The notes under the pieces are model-generated. The model saw only the letters and a program-made list of their open reading frames with translations, did no database searches and was not told the DNA's origin. The translations under genes and the position numbers were made by a program. A stretch of 64,000 bases of DNA, from the NCBI GenBank assembly GCA_964416905.1, contig CAYQFL010000001.1, forward strand, positions 94,647 to 158,646. The letters run 5' to 3'. This stretch comes from an uncultured Methanosarcinales archaeon. GTDB taxonomy: Archaea > Nanobdellota > Nanobdellia > Woesearchaeales > JASKKU01. This document shows positions 37,807-47,189 of the stretch, one piece after another (the stretch's first letter is position 1; every line of letters starts with the position of its first letter).

Positions 37807-40245
37807 ATGGGATTTTTTGAAAAAAGCTCAATTTTTACAAAAGGTATAATGCCTAAAGTGTTTAAGCTTTCTTTGATTATAGCAATAATTGCTATTAGCT
37901 TGCTAATTACAAGTTGCGGTGATGACGATTCTGATGCCGCCAGTGAACCTGACGAAGACAAGATAAATAAAAACCTGTTTCTAGGTTATATTAATGTCAA
38001 TTCAGATCAAGATAATGCTCTTGTAGATTATTCAATTATTGGTAACAAATACAACCTTGCTTCATCAATTCAATTCTGCAAACTTGCTGACAACATTTAT
38101 CATCGTGGTGCTTGCGCAGGTAAGGCATGGGATGAATGCGGTTTCTGGGATTTTAAAATGAGAGATTTCTTCTACTTCACACAACTTGATAATGAAACGG
38201 CAAAGGTTACTTGCTCTCAACGAGGCATATTTGATACTTGTTCTCCGTCCGATTATTCTTCAATAAATGCAAAAATCCGCTTATGTGATAGCAATGAAAG
38301 CGATAAAAATTGTACTGCAGGTATTAATGAAATTCTTATAGACCTCAATAAACAAGGTTATGATATAGATTGTACACGGCTTTTTGCGTTAACTAGTGGA
38401 GCGGACTGTGCGCCTTCAGACTTCCTTATACTTTACCATGTTAATGACTTCCAACCATGCGATCCTTACAATGATGAACTGGTATGTGTTTGGGGGAAAT
38501 GTACAAAATATGTTTGTATCCCGAATAACAAGTTAGACCCTTACGAGCTTTGTGATCCTAAAGCACAACTCTTTAATTTAAGCGGAAGAGAAGTATCTGG
38601 TACTGCGATTAGTTGCCAAGATTTCTCAGGGGTGCCAAGCACTGAAGGAGGAAAGCCTATTTGCAGAGATGATTGCACACCAGATATCTCTGAATGCACC
38701 CTTGAGCCAGGTCAGGTGCTTTGCCAGAATAATGTGTTAGAAAGCTTTCCAGACGTGGGTTATACTGAAGTGTGTGAGTGGGGTAATGGAGAAGAGTATT
38801 ATCTTCATCCAGATGGAACTCAAAAAGAGAAACAGTATATCTTCAAAACACAGAGTTTCTGTGCTCAACAGGAAGGTTATATCGGCGATGCATCTAATTT
38901 AGAATGCGATGCTTGTACTGAAATAAACTATGACAATTGTCTAAGCGTTCAGCTCACAAAACCAAAAGAAGAAAACTGTGGTAACGGTTTAAATGACGAT
39001 TACTGGTACGATCTTTACATCGAAGGAGACAATAGAACTGAGTATATCGCAGAGAATTATCTTGATGAATATGGTTATTTTGAGGATTACAAGTTTGACA
39101 CAACAAAATGCTTCAGTGAAACAAACTGCTCTGATTGCCATGATGTTGATTGTGATGGCAGAGTTACCTTCGGAAACAATTACTGTAACTTCAAAACTGA
39201 AAGAATGTGTAACGATAACTTTGACAACGATGGCGATGGCTTAATTGATGAACAAGATAGTGATTGCAGTTTTGAAAGATATAATCCAGATTTATCGCTA
39301 AAAGGATTATGCGATGCTGAAGAGAAATGTTTTGATGAAAGTGAACTTGAATGCATAGATGACTCAGCAGTATTTACAAAGAATAATAAGGCATTTATAT
39401 GTAACGAAGGAAACTGGATTAACGAAATAAAACTTATCTCGGCCTTAAGTTATGCTAAATTAAAAAATCAACAATCCCTGGTACTTTATTGTAACGACCC
39501 CGCTGATTTCACAACTGGAAAAAGTTATGTAATCGAACTCAATTCTAAAATACGAGGTACTCAGGAGACGGTTTCCGAGTTCATAGGAACACAAGAACAA
39601 GCTAATGCACTTTATGGAAAGTTCTGCGCTGCAAAAAGTGATGACGAATATCTTCTCGGAACGATTTTAAAAAACAAAAACGAAATACATCACAGCATTT
39701 TACTATTCTACCCACTTGGAACAATATGTGATGGAATTAACAAAGATGCTGAGCAACTTCAAAGATGCAATAACACCCAAATGTTTATGAATTATAAAAC
39801 AGGTATAGTATTAAAAACAAATATCTTTAGTAGTGATCAAGTAGAATTATTTAACGGAATTAATGAAATCGATAACAAGATTAAAGAGTTAAAAAAGGCT
39901 GGCGGACAATACTTGGTGACCAATTCACTTGAAGATTTAGAGAAAACCGGAGATATTGAAGCATTTGCGTTGAAGAAAAATGAAGATAAAGAATTATTAG
40001 GTATTATCGCTAAAGTAAACTCAACTTGGTACTCTATTGTTTACATAAAAAATGTACCTTCATTTGCTGAAATTTGTAAATCTATGACTTTAAACATCGC
40101 AAGCGGAGATATGACCAGAACTGTCACTTGCAAGCAAGAAATAGGTACAAACAACTTTGTGATTGCATGGACAATACCTACAGAACAAACGTTAATCTAT
40201 TCAAAAGCCAAATTCGACGAACTAGTTAAGGAAATAAGGATTTAG
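37807..40245 (+). CDS. Secreted/lipobox-like Cys-rich protein, paralog B (812 aa)
   Basis: N-terminal anchor ending 'LLITSCGDDDSD' (lipobox-like). It aligns colinearly with paralog C along the whole length and with the C-terminal half of A. It contains 'CNDNFDNDGDGLIDEQDSDC'. Confidence 0.8.
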   Translation: MGFFEKSSIFTKGIMPKVFKLSLIIAIIAISLLITSCGDDDSDAASEPDEDKINKNLFLGYINVNSDQDNALVDYSIIGNKYNLASSIQFCKLADNIYHRGACAGKAWDECGFWDFKMRDFFYFTQLDNETAKVTCSQRGIFDTCSPSDYSSINAKIRLCDSNESDKNCTAGINEILIDLNKQGYDIDCTRLFALTSGADCAPSDFLILYHVNDFQPCDPYNDELVCVWGKCTKYVCIPNNKLDPYELCDPKAQLFNLSGREVSGTAISCQDFSGVPSTEGGKPICRDDCTPDISECTLEPGQVLCQNNVLESFPDVGYTEVCEWGNGEEYYLHPDGTQKEKQYIFKTQSFCAQQEGYIGDASNLECDACTEINYDNCLSVQLTKPKEENCGNGLNDDYWYDLYIEGDNRTEYIAENYLDEYGYFEDYKFDTTKCFSETNCSDCHDVDCDGRVTFGNNYCNFKTERMCNDNFDNDGDGLIDEQDSDCSFERYNPDLSLKGLCDAEEKCFDESELECIDDSAVFTKNNKAFICNEGNWINEIKLISALSYAKLKNQQSLVLYCNDPADFTTGKSYVIELNSKIRGTQETVSEFIGTQEQANALYGKFCAAKSDDEYLLGTILKNKNEIHHSILLFYPLGTICDGINKDAEQLQRCNNTQMFMNYKTGIVLKTNIFSSDQVELFNGINEIDNKIKELKKAGGQYLVTNSLEDLEKTGDIEAFALKKNEDKELLGIIAKVNSTWYSIVYIKNVPSFAEICKSMTLNIASGDMTRTVTCKQEIGTNNFVIAWTIPTEQTLIYSKAKFDELVKEIRI

Positions 40246-40270
40246 TCGAAATTTTTAACTGCCTTTTTAG

Positions 40271-42640
40271 GTGAAAAACATGAATTTTTTTGAAAAGAAA
40301 TCCAATTTAAAGGCGAATCTAAATGCGGGTAGATTATTTTTACTGCTTTTAGTAGTGATTGTTGTAAGCTTACTAAATGCAAGTTATGTGAACGCTAGGG
40401 TAATTGGATATGTGAGCATAAACCCTAACCAGTGGAACAATGTAATTGATTATTCTGTTAGCAGCTCGTCTACCCAAGCCACTTCAGCTAAATTTTGCGA
40501 CCTGGCAGACAACCTGTTTAATAATAACGGATGTGGAGACAAAACATGGGGAGAATGTGATTTCTGGGATTTTCAAATGAAGGATTATGTGTATTTTGAA
40601 AATATAAACGACAACGAAGTGGGCCTTACTTGTTCTCAACGGGGACTATTTGATGGCTGTTCAGGTTCTTCTGCTTTTTATCCAACAATAAAATTATGTG
40701 ATAGCAGTTATGAAAATTGTGTTGCTAATAGTGGTGAAATTGTTATAGACCTTAAAAAAGTGGGTTTATCTAAGAAGTGTACAAGGCTTGGTGCTAGCAC
40801 ATCTGGCGACGAATGTTCACCTGACGACACACTCAAACTTTATACAAAGAACAACTATGAAGTATGCGCTGAAACTCCTGAAGGTGCAGATTATGAACTA
40901 AGATGTATAAGTGGAAAATGTGCAAGGTATCAGTGCATAAACGACAACTATCAATTAGACCCGTATGAGCCTTGTGATCCGGGAGTACAAAAATTCAATG
41001 TAGGTGGTGAAATAAAAACTGCGGACGAGATTACATGTTTGGATTTTGATATGTATCCAAATAGTGAGGGAGAAAGACCAATCTGCGGTAATGATTGTAA
41101 ACCTGACCTTAGTATGTGCACATCTCAACCAAGCCTTTGCCCAGATTATAAAATTGAAAAATACAATGTACTGGATTATGTCGAAAAATGCGATTTAGCT
41201 AAAACTCCTGAAAGTTATGTTCATCCTGACGGAACCAAGAAAACAAAACAACATATATTCTCATCAAAAGCATTTTGTGCTCAACAGGAAGGTTATATCG
41301 GTGATGCTTCATATTTAGAATGCGAGGGTTGTACTGAAATCAGCTATGATGCTTGCCCAACAGTTCAACTCACAAAACAAAAAGAGCAAAATTGCGGGAA
41401 TGGTTTAAATGACGATTACTGGTACGATCTTTACATCGAAGGAGACAATAGAACTAAGTATATCGCAGAGAATTATCTTGATGAGCAAGGTTATTTTGAG
41501 AATTATAAGTTTGACACAAGCAGATGTTTTAGTGAAACGAATTGCTCTGATTGTTATGATATTGATTGCGACGGCAAAGTCACTTACGATGGTAAATACT
41601 GTAACTTCAAAACTGAAAGAATGTGTAACGATAACTTTGACAACGATGGTGACGGCTTAATTGATGAACAAGATAGTGATTGCAGTTTTGAAAGATATAA
41701 TCCACATTTATCGCTAAAAGGATTATGCGATGCTGAAGAGAAATGTTTTGATGAAAGTGAACTTGAATGCATAAATGATTCAGAGGTTTTTGTGAAAGAC
41801 AAAACGTTTGTATGTAAAGATGGAAACTGGATTAATGAAATAAAACTCATCTCAGCGCTAACTTATGATAAGCTAAAAGATCAACAATCATTAATACTTT
41901 ATTGTAACGACCCCGCAGATTTCACAAACCAAAGAGGTTACGTAATTGACATCATGAATACTAAAACTGCAACCGGTATGAACACATTTGATTTCATGTC
42001 ATCTCAGAGAGCGTTATATGGAAAATTCTGTGCAGCGAAAACGGATGATTATTATCTCATAGGAACTGTTTTAAAAAGCAAAGAGGCAATAAGTAATGCA
42101 GTACTCTTATTTAATTCAAATGGAACAATATGTGATGAGATTACAAACAACGATAACATATTACATCAATGTAAGAACACTCAAGTTTTCTTAAACTATA
42201 AAACAGGCATACTATTAAAGACAAATATCTTTAATGATGGAGCACAATTATTTAACGGAATTAATGAAATAAATACCAAGATTGAAGAGTTAAAAAGCGC
42301 GGGCGAGCCTTATCTAGGATATAACTCACTTCAAGACCTAGAAAAAAGCGGAGAAATTGAAGCGTTTGCGTTAAAGAAAAGTGGGGAGAAAGAACTACTG
42401 GGTATAATTGCTAAAGTAAACTCAACTTGGTATGCCATTGTTTACATAAAAAATGTGCCATCCTTTACTGAAGTTTGTGACACTATGAACGAAAAAGCAA
42501 CCTTAACGATAGTAGATACGCCAATTAAATGCCAGGAAATTAACAACAATTTTGTAATCGCTTGGAGAATAGCTGATGAATCAGTGTTGGAAGAGTCTAA
42601 GTATAAATTCGACAAACTAGTTAAAGAATTAAAGCTATGA
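40271..42640 (+). CDS. Secreted Cys-rich protein, paralog C (789 aa)
   Basis: Signal peptide (…LLNASYVNA|RV). It is highly similar to paralog B and includes a ~380-bp near-identical nucleotide stretch. Confidence 0.8.
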   Translation: MKNMNFFEKKSNLKANLNAGRLFLLLLVVIVVSLLNASYVNARVIGYVSINPNQWNNVIDYSVSSSSTQATSAKFCDLADNLFNNNGCGDKTWGECDFWDFQMKDYVYFENINDNEVGLTCSQRGLFDGCSGSSAFYPTIKLCDSSYENCVANSGEIVIDLKKVGLSKKCTRLGASTSGDECSPDDTLKLYTKNNYEVCAETPEGADYELRCISGKCARYQCINDNYQLDPYEPCDPGVQKFNVGGEIKTADEITCLDFDMYPNSEGERPICGNDCKPDLSMCTSQPSLCPDYKIEKYNVLDYVEKCDLAKTPESYVHPDGTKKTKQHIFSSKAFCAQQEGYIGDASYLECEGCTEISYDACPTVQLTKQKEQNCGNGLNDDYWYDLYIEGDNRTKYIAENYLDEQGYFENYKFDTSRCFSETNCSDCYDIDCDGKVTYDGKYCNFKTERMCNDNFDNDGDGLIDEQDSDCSFERYNPHLSLKGLCDAEEKCFDESELECINDSEVFVKDKTFVCKDGNWINEIKLISALTYDKLKDQQSLILYCNDPADFTNQRGYVIDIMNTKTATGMNTFDFMSSQRALYGKFCAAKTDDYYLIGTVLKSKEAISNAVLLFNSNGTICDEITNNDNILHQCKNTQVFLNYKTGILLKTNIFNDGAQLFNGINEINTKIEELKSAGEPYLGYNSLQDLEKSGEIEAFALKKSGEKELLGIIAKVNSTWYAIVYIKNVPSFTEVCDTMNEKATLTIVDTPIKCQEINNNFVIAWRIADESVLEESKYKFDKLVKELKL

Positions 42641-42641
42641 T

Positions 42642-43409
42642 TCAAGCTTTTGCGATAAAATAAAATATTTCATTTTTTGTTTTTTTATAATAAAAATCAA
42701 AGCTCAATCTTGACAACATTTTCTCTAACCACGTCCTTCTATGAAACCTCATATATTTACCAGACAAAGTTTTAAGCGGAAAGGAAACAATGAGATGTTT
42801 AACAGCAAGGCTTACAATTAATTCCTCAGCGTGCTTGTGCCCTTTATCTTCAATCAAATCAAGCACCTTAAACAAAAATGCAACATTGGCTTTAGGCAAT
42901 TCATCAAGTTTTGCCAAGAAATCCATCTGAACAGCCTCGCCATTAATCTGGTTCTTCAAGAAGAAATCGTTTACAGCACTAACTATGTCCTCGCGTAAAT
43001 CGCATGCAAAGTAATAATTAACCTTAATTTCGTTAAAAGGGAAATAAATCGGATTTAGCCCGCAGCCTAAATCAATAATTCTCTTTATTTTATGTTCCCT
43101 AAGGAATTCTATCACAAAATCAGGTAAAGAACCTCGCTCTAAAGAAGAAATATGCGTTCCTTTATCTTTAACATACATCACAGACTTCTTATACAATTTC
43201 GCTTTTATAAGCGAGACAAACTCTTTGAAGACCTTAGACCTCTCCAGATTTTTAACATTCAATACCTTTTCATATAGCTTTGGGTTTTTACGGACAACGT
43301 CAAAAAAAACAGATTCTATTGTCTCTTTAGAAAATGAAGAGTATCTCTTTCTCTTAGCAAGCACATTAAAAACCTCGCTAAGTACCCTTTCATCATTTAA
43401 ATGATTCAT
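42642..43409 (-). CDS. 16S rRNA (guanine1405-N7)-methyltransferase-like protein, Rmt/ArmA (FmrO) family SAM-dependent MTase
   Basis: SAM motif I 'IIDLGCGLNPIYF' (cf. RmtB 'LDIACGLNPLAL', ArmA 'ILDFGCGFNPLAL') and C-terminal 'LIVSFPLKTLSGKYMRF' (cf. 'AVSFPTRSLGGRGKGME' / 'FVISFPIKSLSGKEKGME'). The motifs are recalled from memory of the family; no search was run. Confidence 0.6.
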   Translation of the reverse strand: MNHLNDERVLSEVFNVLAKRKRYSSFSKETIESVFFDVVRKNPKLYEKVLNVKNLERSKVFKEFVSLIKAKLYKKSVMYVKDKGTHISSLERGSLPDFVIEFLREHKIKRIIDLGCGLNPIYFPFNEIKVNYYFACDLREDIVSAVNDFFLKNQINGEAVQMDFLAKLDELPKANVAFLFKVLDLIEDKGHKHAEELIVSLAVKHLIVSFPLKTLSGKYMRFHRRTWLEKMLSRLSFDFYYKKTKNEIFYFIAKA

Positions 43410-43490
43410 ACTCCTTACATAAAACTAAACAAAAGATATTTAAAAACTGTTCCATTCATAAATCATAATTTAATAATAATTACTTAAAAG

Positions 43491-45251
43491 GTGCCAAAAA
43501 TGGAAAAAAAGGTTGTCCCTGAGGAAATAAATCAGGAGTTAGAAAAGATGCAAAAGATGCTTGATAAGTTCAAAGAAAAAGTTTTAGAGAAATTCAGCGA
43601 TTATGTTTTAGGCATATCTCTTCTGCCTCCGCAAAAAAACGAAAAAGGAGAGAAAAAAGACAACAAAATTAACCTTCTAATTCTAATAAACGATAACGAT
43701 ACCAAGAAGATGACTCCTCAGGAACTGGAAAAGAAACTTAACACAATCTTTCAAAACATGGCTAAAGAGATAGACGAAAGGTTAAATCCTTCTTGTTTGC
43801 TAATCAGTGAACTATGGCAGAACTGTTATGAAGCCAAGTACGATTTCGTGAAGATGATTGCCACTGGTGCAGCCATTTATGATAAAGGCATGCTTTCTGC
43901 CATAAAAATTGCTGAAGTCCATAAAACCATGGTTCTAAGCAAATTTGAGAGATACATTGTCTCGTATGTTCTATCCGGGTCAATAACTCAAGGAAGAGCC
44001 ACAGAGAAATCTGATGTTGATGTGTTTGTTGTGGTTGACGACACAGATGTAAAAAAGATGACTCGAGGCGAATTGAAAGAGAAATTAAGAGCTATCATTT
44101 TAGGTATGGGCATTGAAGCAGGAGAAGCCACAGGGATACTGAATAAATTGAATATTCAAGTCTACATATTAACTGAGTTCTGGGAATCTCTTAGAGATGC
44201 CAACCCTGTAATATTTACTTTGTTAAGATATGGTGTGCCTTTCTATGACAGAGGTATATTCATGCCCTGGAAGCAGTTATTGCTTATGGGAAAGATAAAG
44301 CCAAGCAGAGAAGCTATTGATATGTTTATGAGCAGCGGTGAGAGAATCATCAAAAACGTTAAAACAAAAATAACTGAGATAGGTATGGAAGATATTTACT
44401 ATGCATTACTAACTCCTTCCCAAGCAGCATTAATGCATTACGGAATTGCGCCACCCACTCCTAAAGAAACGCCTAAACTAATGCGCGAAATCTTTGTGGA
44501 AAAAGAAAAATTATTGAAAGAAGAAGAGATATTAATCTTAGAAAGAGTCATCTCTTTAAGAAAAGCTGTTGAACACAAACAAAAGAGTAGAATCACTGGA
44601 AAAGAAATTGATGAATTGTTGGAAGAGGGCGAGAATTACCTTAAGAACATTGGTAAACTGTTTAGCAAGATCGACAACATAAAAAGCAAAGAATCATTAT
44701 CTCAATTGATTAGTTCAATAAAACTCATCATGCGTAAACTATTATTCTATTTTGGGTTCAAAAAAGTTGACGATAAATCCCTATTAACAACCTTCAAAAA
44801 AGAGCTAATTGACAGCGGCGAGATTGAAGAGAAATACTTCAAGACCATAAAAGAAGTTCTAAGCGCAGAAAATAGTAAAAAACAACTAAAGAAACAGGAT
44901 GTTGAGTTGCTAATTAAGAAAGGTGATTCTGCAATAAAAGCTCTACAAGATTACTTCGAAAAGAAGAGATTCTTTGATATTGAAAGAGCAAAAATCAGAG
45001 TAAGCTATGGAAAAGACAAGGTTGGTGAAGTGTTGTTCACAAAAAACAAAGTTTACATTATCAAAGATATAAAAGAAAAAAATTGTTTTGTCAGCGATTT
45101 GAAAAAATGGGAACTTAAAGAAATTAGCTTCGACCAATTAGATTCAGAAATCAGAGACGAGAAAACTGAGCTAAAGAAAGAAATAAGTGTTGATGAGTTA
45201 AACAAAATAAAAGAGACCTTTGGAAAAACTTGTAAAATAATACTAAAATAA
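43491..45251 (+). CDS. Tandem nucleotidyltransferase-fold protein (one degenerate and one intact pol-beta NTase domain) with a helical C-terminal region, possibly HEPN-like
   Basis: The second repeat has the canonical 'GSITQGRATEKSDVDVFVVVDD' (GS…DxD) motif. The first repeat aligns with it ('KINLLILINDNDTKKM' vs 'DVDVFVVVDDTDVKKM') but has lost the catalytic residues. The C-terminal part contains 'RKAVEH' (R-x4-H). Confidence 0.5.
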   Translation: MPKMEKKVVPEEINQELEKMQKMLDKFKEKVLEKFSDYVLGISLLPPQKNEKGEKKDNKINLLILINDNDTKKMTPQELEKKLNTIFQNMAKEIDERLNPSCLLISELWQNCYEAKYDFVKMIATGAAIYDKGMLSAIKIAEVHKTMVLSKFERYIVSYVLSGSITQGRATEKSDVDVFVVVDDTDVKKMTRGELKEKLRAIILGMGIEAGEATGILNKLNIQVYILTEFWESLRDANPVIFTLLRYGVPFYDRGIFMPWKQLLLMGKIKPSREAIDMFMSSGERIIKNVKTKITEIGMEDIYYALLTPSQAALMHYGIAPPTPKETPKLMREIFVEKEKLLKEEEILILERVISLRKAVEHKQKSRITGKEIDELLEEGENYLKNIGKLFSKIDNIKSKESLSQLISSIKLIMRKLLFYFGFKKVDDKSLLTTFKKELIDSGEIEEKYFKTIKEVLSAENSKKQLKKQDVELLIKKGDSAIKALQDYFEKKRFFDIERAKIRVSYGKDKVGEVLFTKNKVYIIKDIKEKNCFVSDLKKWELKEISFDQLDSEIRDEKTELKKEISVDELNKIKETFGKTCKIILK

Positions 45252-45274
45252 GTTTTATTTCTTAATTTTTTATT

Positions 45275-46360
45275 CTATATTAATGCTGAGAAGAACGAAC
45301 TTAATACCTTTACCAATATTGTAAAAAGTGTGAGAGAAGCTGCTAAAAAAGCAGGGATGTATTTTATACCTGATTTTAGATTACCATCCTTTATCTGAGA
45401 AATAATAAAAGCAGAGAAAATCGATGTTATCGATAAAACTGCATAAGCCAAATTAATGAATTCTTCCGGAGTCATGGTTGGCTCATCTACTTCAGTTATA
45501 CCTTTTAACATCTGTGTAATACCGGAGCCTCCAGCAACACTTAACGAAGACAAGTTCGCCTGACTTATTTTTGAAATAAAACTCTGTAGAATTACTAAGA
45601 ACTGTGTTGATAACGCAAAAAGAAACGGTGCCACAAAAACAACGATTATCACTATGAAAATAACATAACTAAGATTTGTTGCTGCAATATCTTTTTTTAG
45701 CTGAAAAGTATCAACTAATTCAGATGTAATCATATCTACGATAGGTGTTATTTTCGCACCGCTTTCTAAAGATTCTGCTATAATTGAGAAAGTCCTCTTG
45801 ATCTCAGCAGAATCATATTTGTTAGCAAAAGTCATGAGTGCTGACGCAGTATCTTCACCTATAGAAATTCGCTTTACAACCAACTGCATCTCTTTTGCTA
45901 AATCCCCAAACTCTGGCTTGATTGAATTCCACAAAGCTTGCTCTAATGTTGTACCGCCTTTAAGATTTTCAGATAGGGACTTTAGGAAATCTGGCAATAA
46001 TGCTTCCATTCTCCTGGTTCTTTGGAACGCTTGATAATCAAAGAAAAGTAGAATCCCTGAAACAACGATAAAAAAATACAGCGCTAAATACGAGATTGTA
46101 ACTACAAATATAGACAAAGGTTGAAGCACAACCATCGAGGTAACATCATAAAATCCAAAAACAGTTGTCAAATCAACATTATACACAAACCACAAGTCTA
46201 CAAAAATTACAGAAACTAAACCCAAAAGAAATAGTATACCTAGAATAAAATACGGTGGACTATCAAAACCCGCTTTGATAGAATTTTCGATTAATCCTTT
46301 TCTTAAACGAGTCGGAAATAGAGACTCGCCAAAACTTTTGAAAGTTCGTTTAAAATCCAT
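45275..46360 (-). CDS. FlaJ/TadC-like type II secretion system F-domain membrane protein (pilus/archaellum platform, C-terminal half)
   Basis: Polytopic membrane protein with a cytoplasmic helical T2SSF-like segment. It lies in an operon with a FlaI-like ATPase. Confidence 0.55.
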   Translation of the reverse strand: MDFKRTFKSFGESLFPTRLRKGLIENSIKAGFDSPPYFILGILFLLGLVSVIFVDLWFVYNVDLTTVFGFYDVTSMVVLQPLSIFVVTISYLALYFFIVVSGILLFFDYQAFQRTRRMEALLPDFLKSLSENLKGGTTLEQALWNSIKPEFGDLAKEMQLVVKRISIGEDTASALMTFANKYDSAEIKRTFSIIAESLESGAKITPIVDMITSELVDTFQLKKDIAATNLSYVIFIVIIVVFVAPFLFALSTQFLVILQSFISKISQANLSSLSVAGGSGITQMLKGITEVDEPTMTPEEFINLAYAVLSITSIFSAFIISQIKDGNLKSGIKYIPAFLAASLTLFTILVKVLSSFFSALI

Positions 46361-46367
46361 TTTCGCA

Positions 46368-47189
46368 TCATAGATTAATAGTTGGTCTGTTAACTTTTAT
46401 CATAACAATGAAAAAGTATTCAACTAATGCTAAAAACAACAAAATAACGCCATAAAAAAAGGGGCTAATCTCTATTCCAAGGAAAGTAAGGAATATACTT
46501 GATAGTCCAAGACCTAGCGAAGGAAAGACAACCGCTAAAACCAGGTAAAGTAAAACAATAGTGTTCAACTTTTTTCCATAAGCCTTAATTTCTATTGATA
46601 GCTCTTCTTTTATTGAATCAATCGTTTCTTTTAGAGTCTTGCCAATCTCCGCACCGGTTTTTATTGAAACAACTATAGGATACAATATCTTTTTAAACTT
46701 GATTGAAGGCGTAACCTCTCTAGCAGTTTCTAAAGCTTCTTCAACAGGAGTACCTGTATTAATTGCCATCACAATACCTTTAAAAAAATCTCCAGCTACA
46801 CCATAACTCTTAGCTGCATCATAAAGAACCTTCATCAAAGGTTCACCAGCGCTTATTTTCAATAAGATATACCTTCCAGCAAACAGAACTTCTTTATCCA
46901 GTTCTCTGCTTAAACGATAAATCTTCTGGTCTAAAGCTTTAAAATTATATTTAAAAAAAATCAAATAAAACAAAAAAAACGCTAAAGGATATAAGAACAG
47001 ATAATTGAAACTCGTGAAAAAAGCTAATGCTAAAACAATCATCGCAGAAAGCATCAAAGAAGCATTCCTGACCTTTCTTACATACTGCTGCGGAGTTAAA
47101 TCTATTTTAGCTAAAATTAATTTCCTTTTCAGATCTGCATAATTTATGGAAGCCATTTTATTTTCTATTTCGATAATACCTAGAAACAA
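46368..47189 (-). CDS. FlaJ/TadB-like type II secretion system F-domain membrane protein (platform, N-terminal half)
   Basis: '…AGRYILLKISAGEPLMKVLYDAAKSYGVAGDFFKGIVMAINTGTPVEEALETA…' is T2SSF-like. It overlaps the 3' end of the ATPase gene. Confidence 0.55.
   Translation of the reverse strand: MFLGIIEIENKMASINYADLKRKLILAKIDLTPQQYVRKVRNASLMLSAMIVLALAFFTSFNYLFLYPLAFFLFYLIFFKYNFKALDQKIYRLSRELDKEVLFAGRYILLKISAGEPLMKVLYDAAKSYGVAGDFFKGIVMAINTGTPVEEALETAREVTPSIKFKKILYPIVVSIKTGAEIGKTLKETIDSIKEELSIEIKAYGKKLNTIVLLYLVLAVVFPSLGLGLSSIFLTFLGIEISPFFYGVILLFLALVEYFFIVMIKVNRPTINL

Noticed and set aside
38993-39244. 83-aa alternate-frame ORFs inside paralogs B and C (also 41409-41660)
   Set aside because: They are out of frame within confidently called long genes. 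Their near-identity only reflects the shared nucleotide patch, which is reported as a gene-conversion finding instead.
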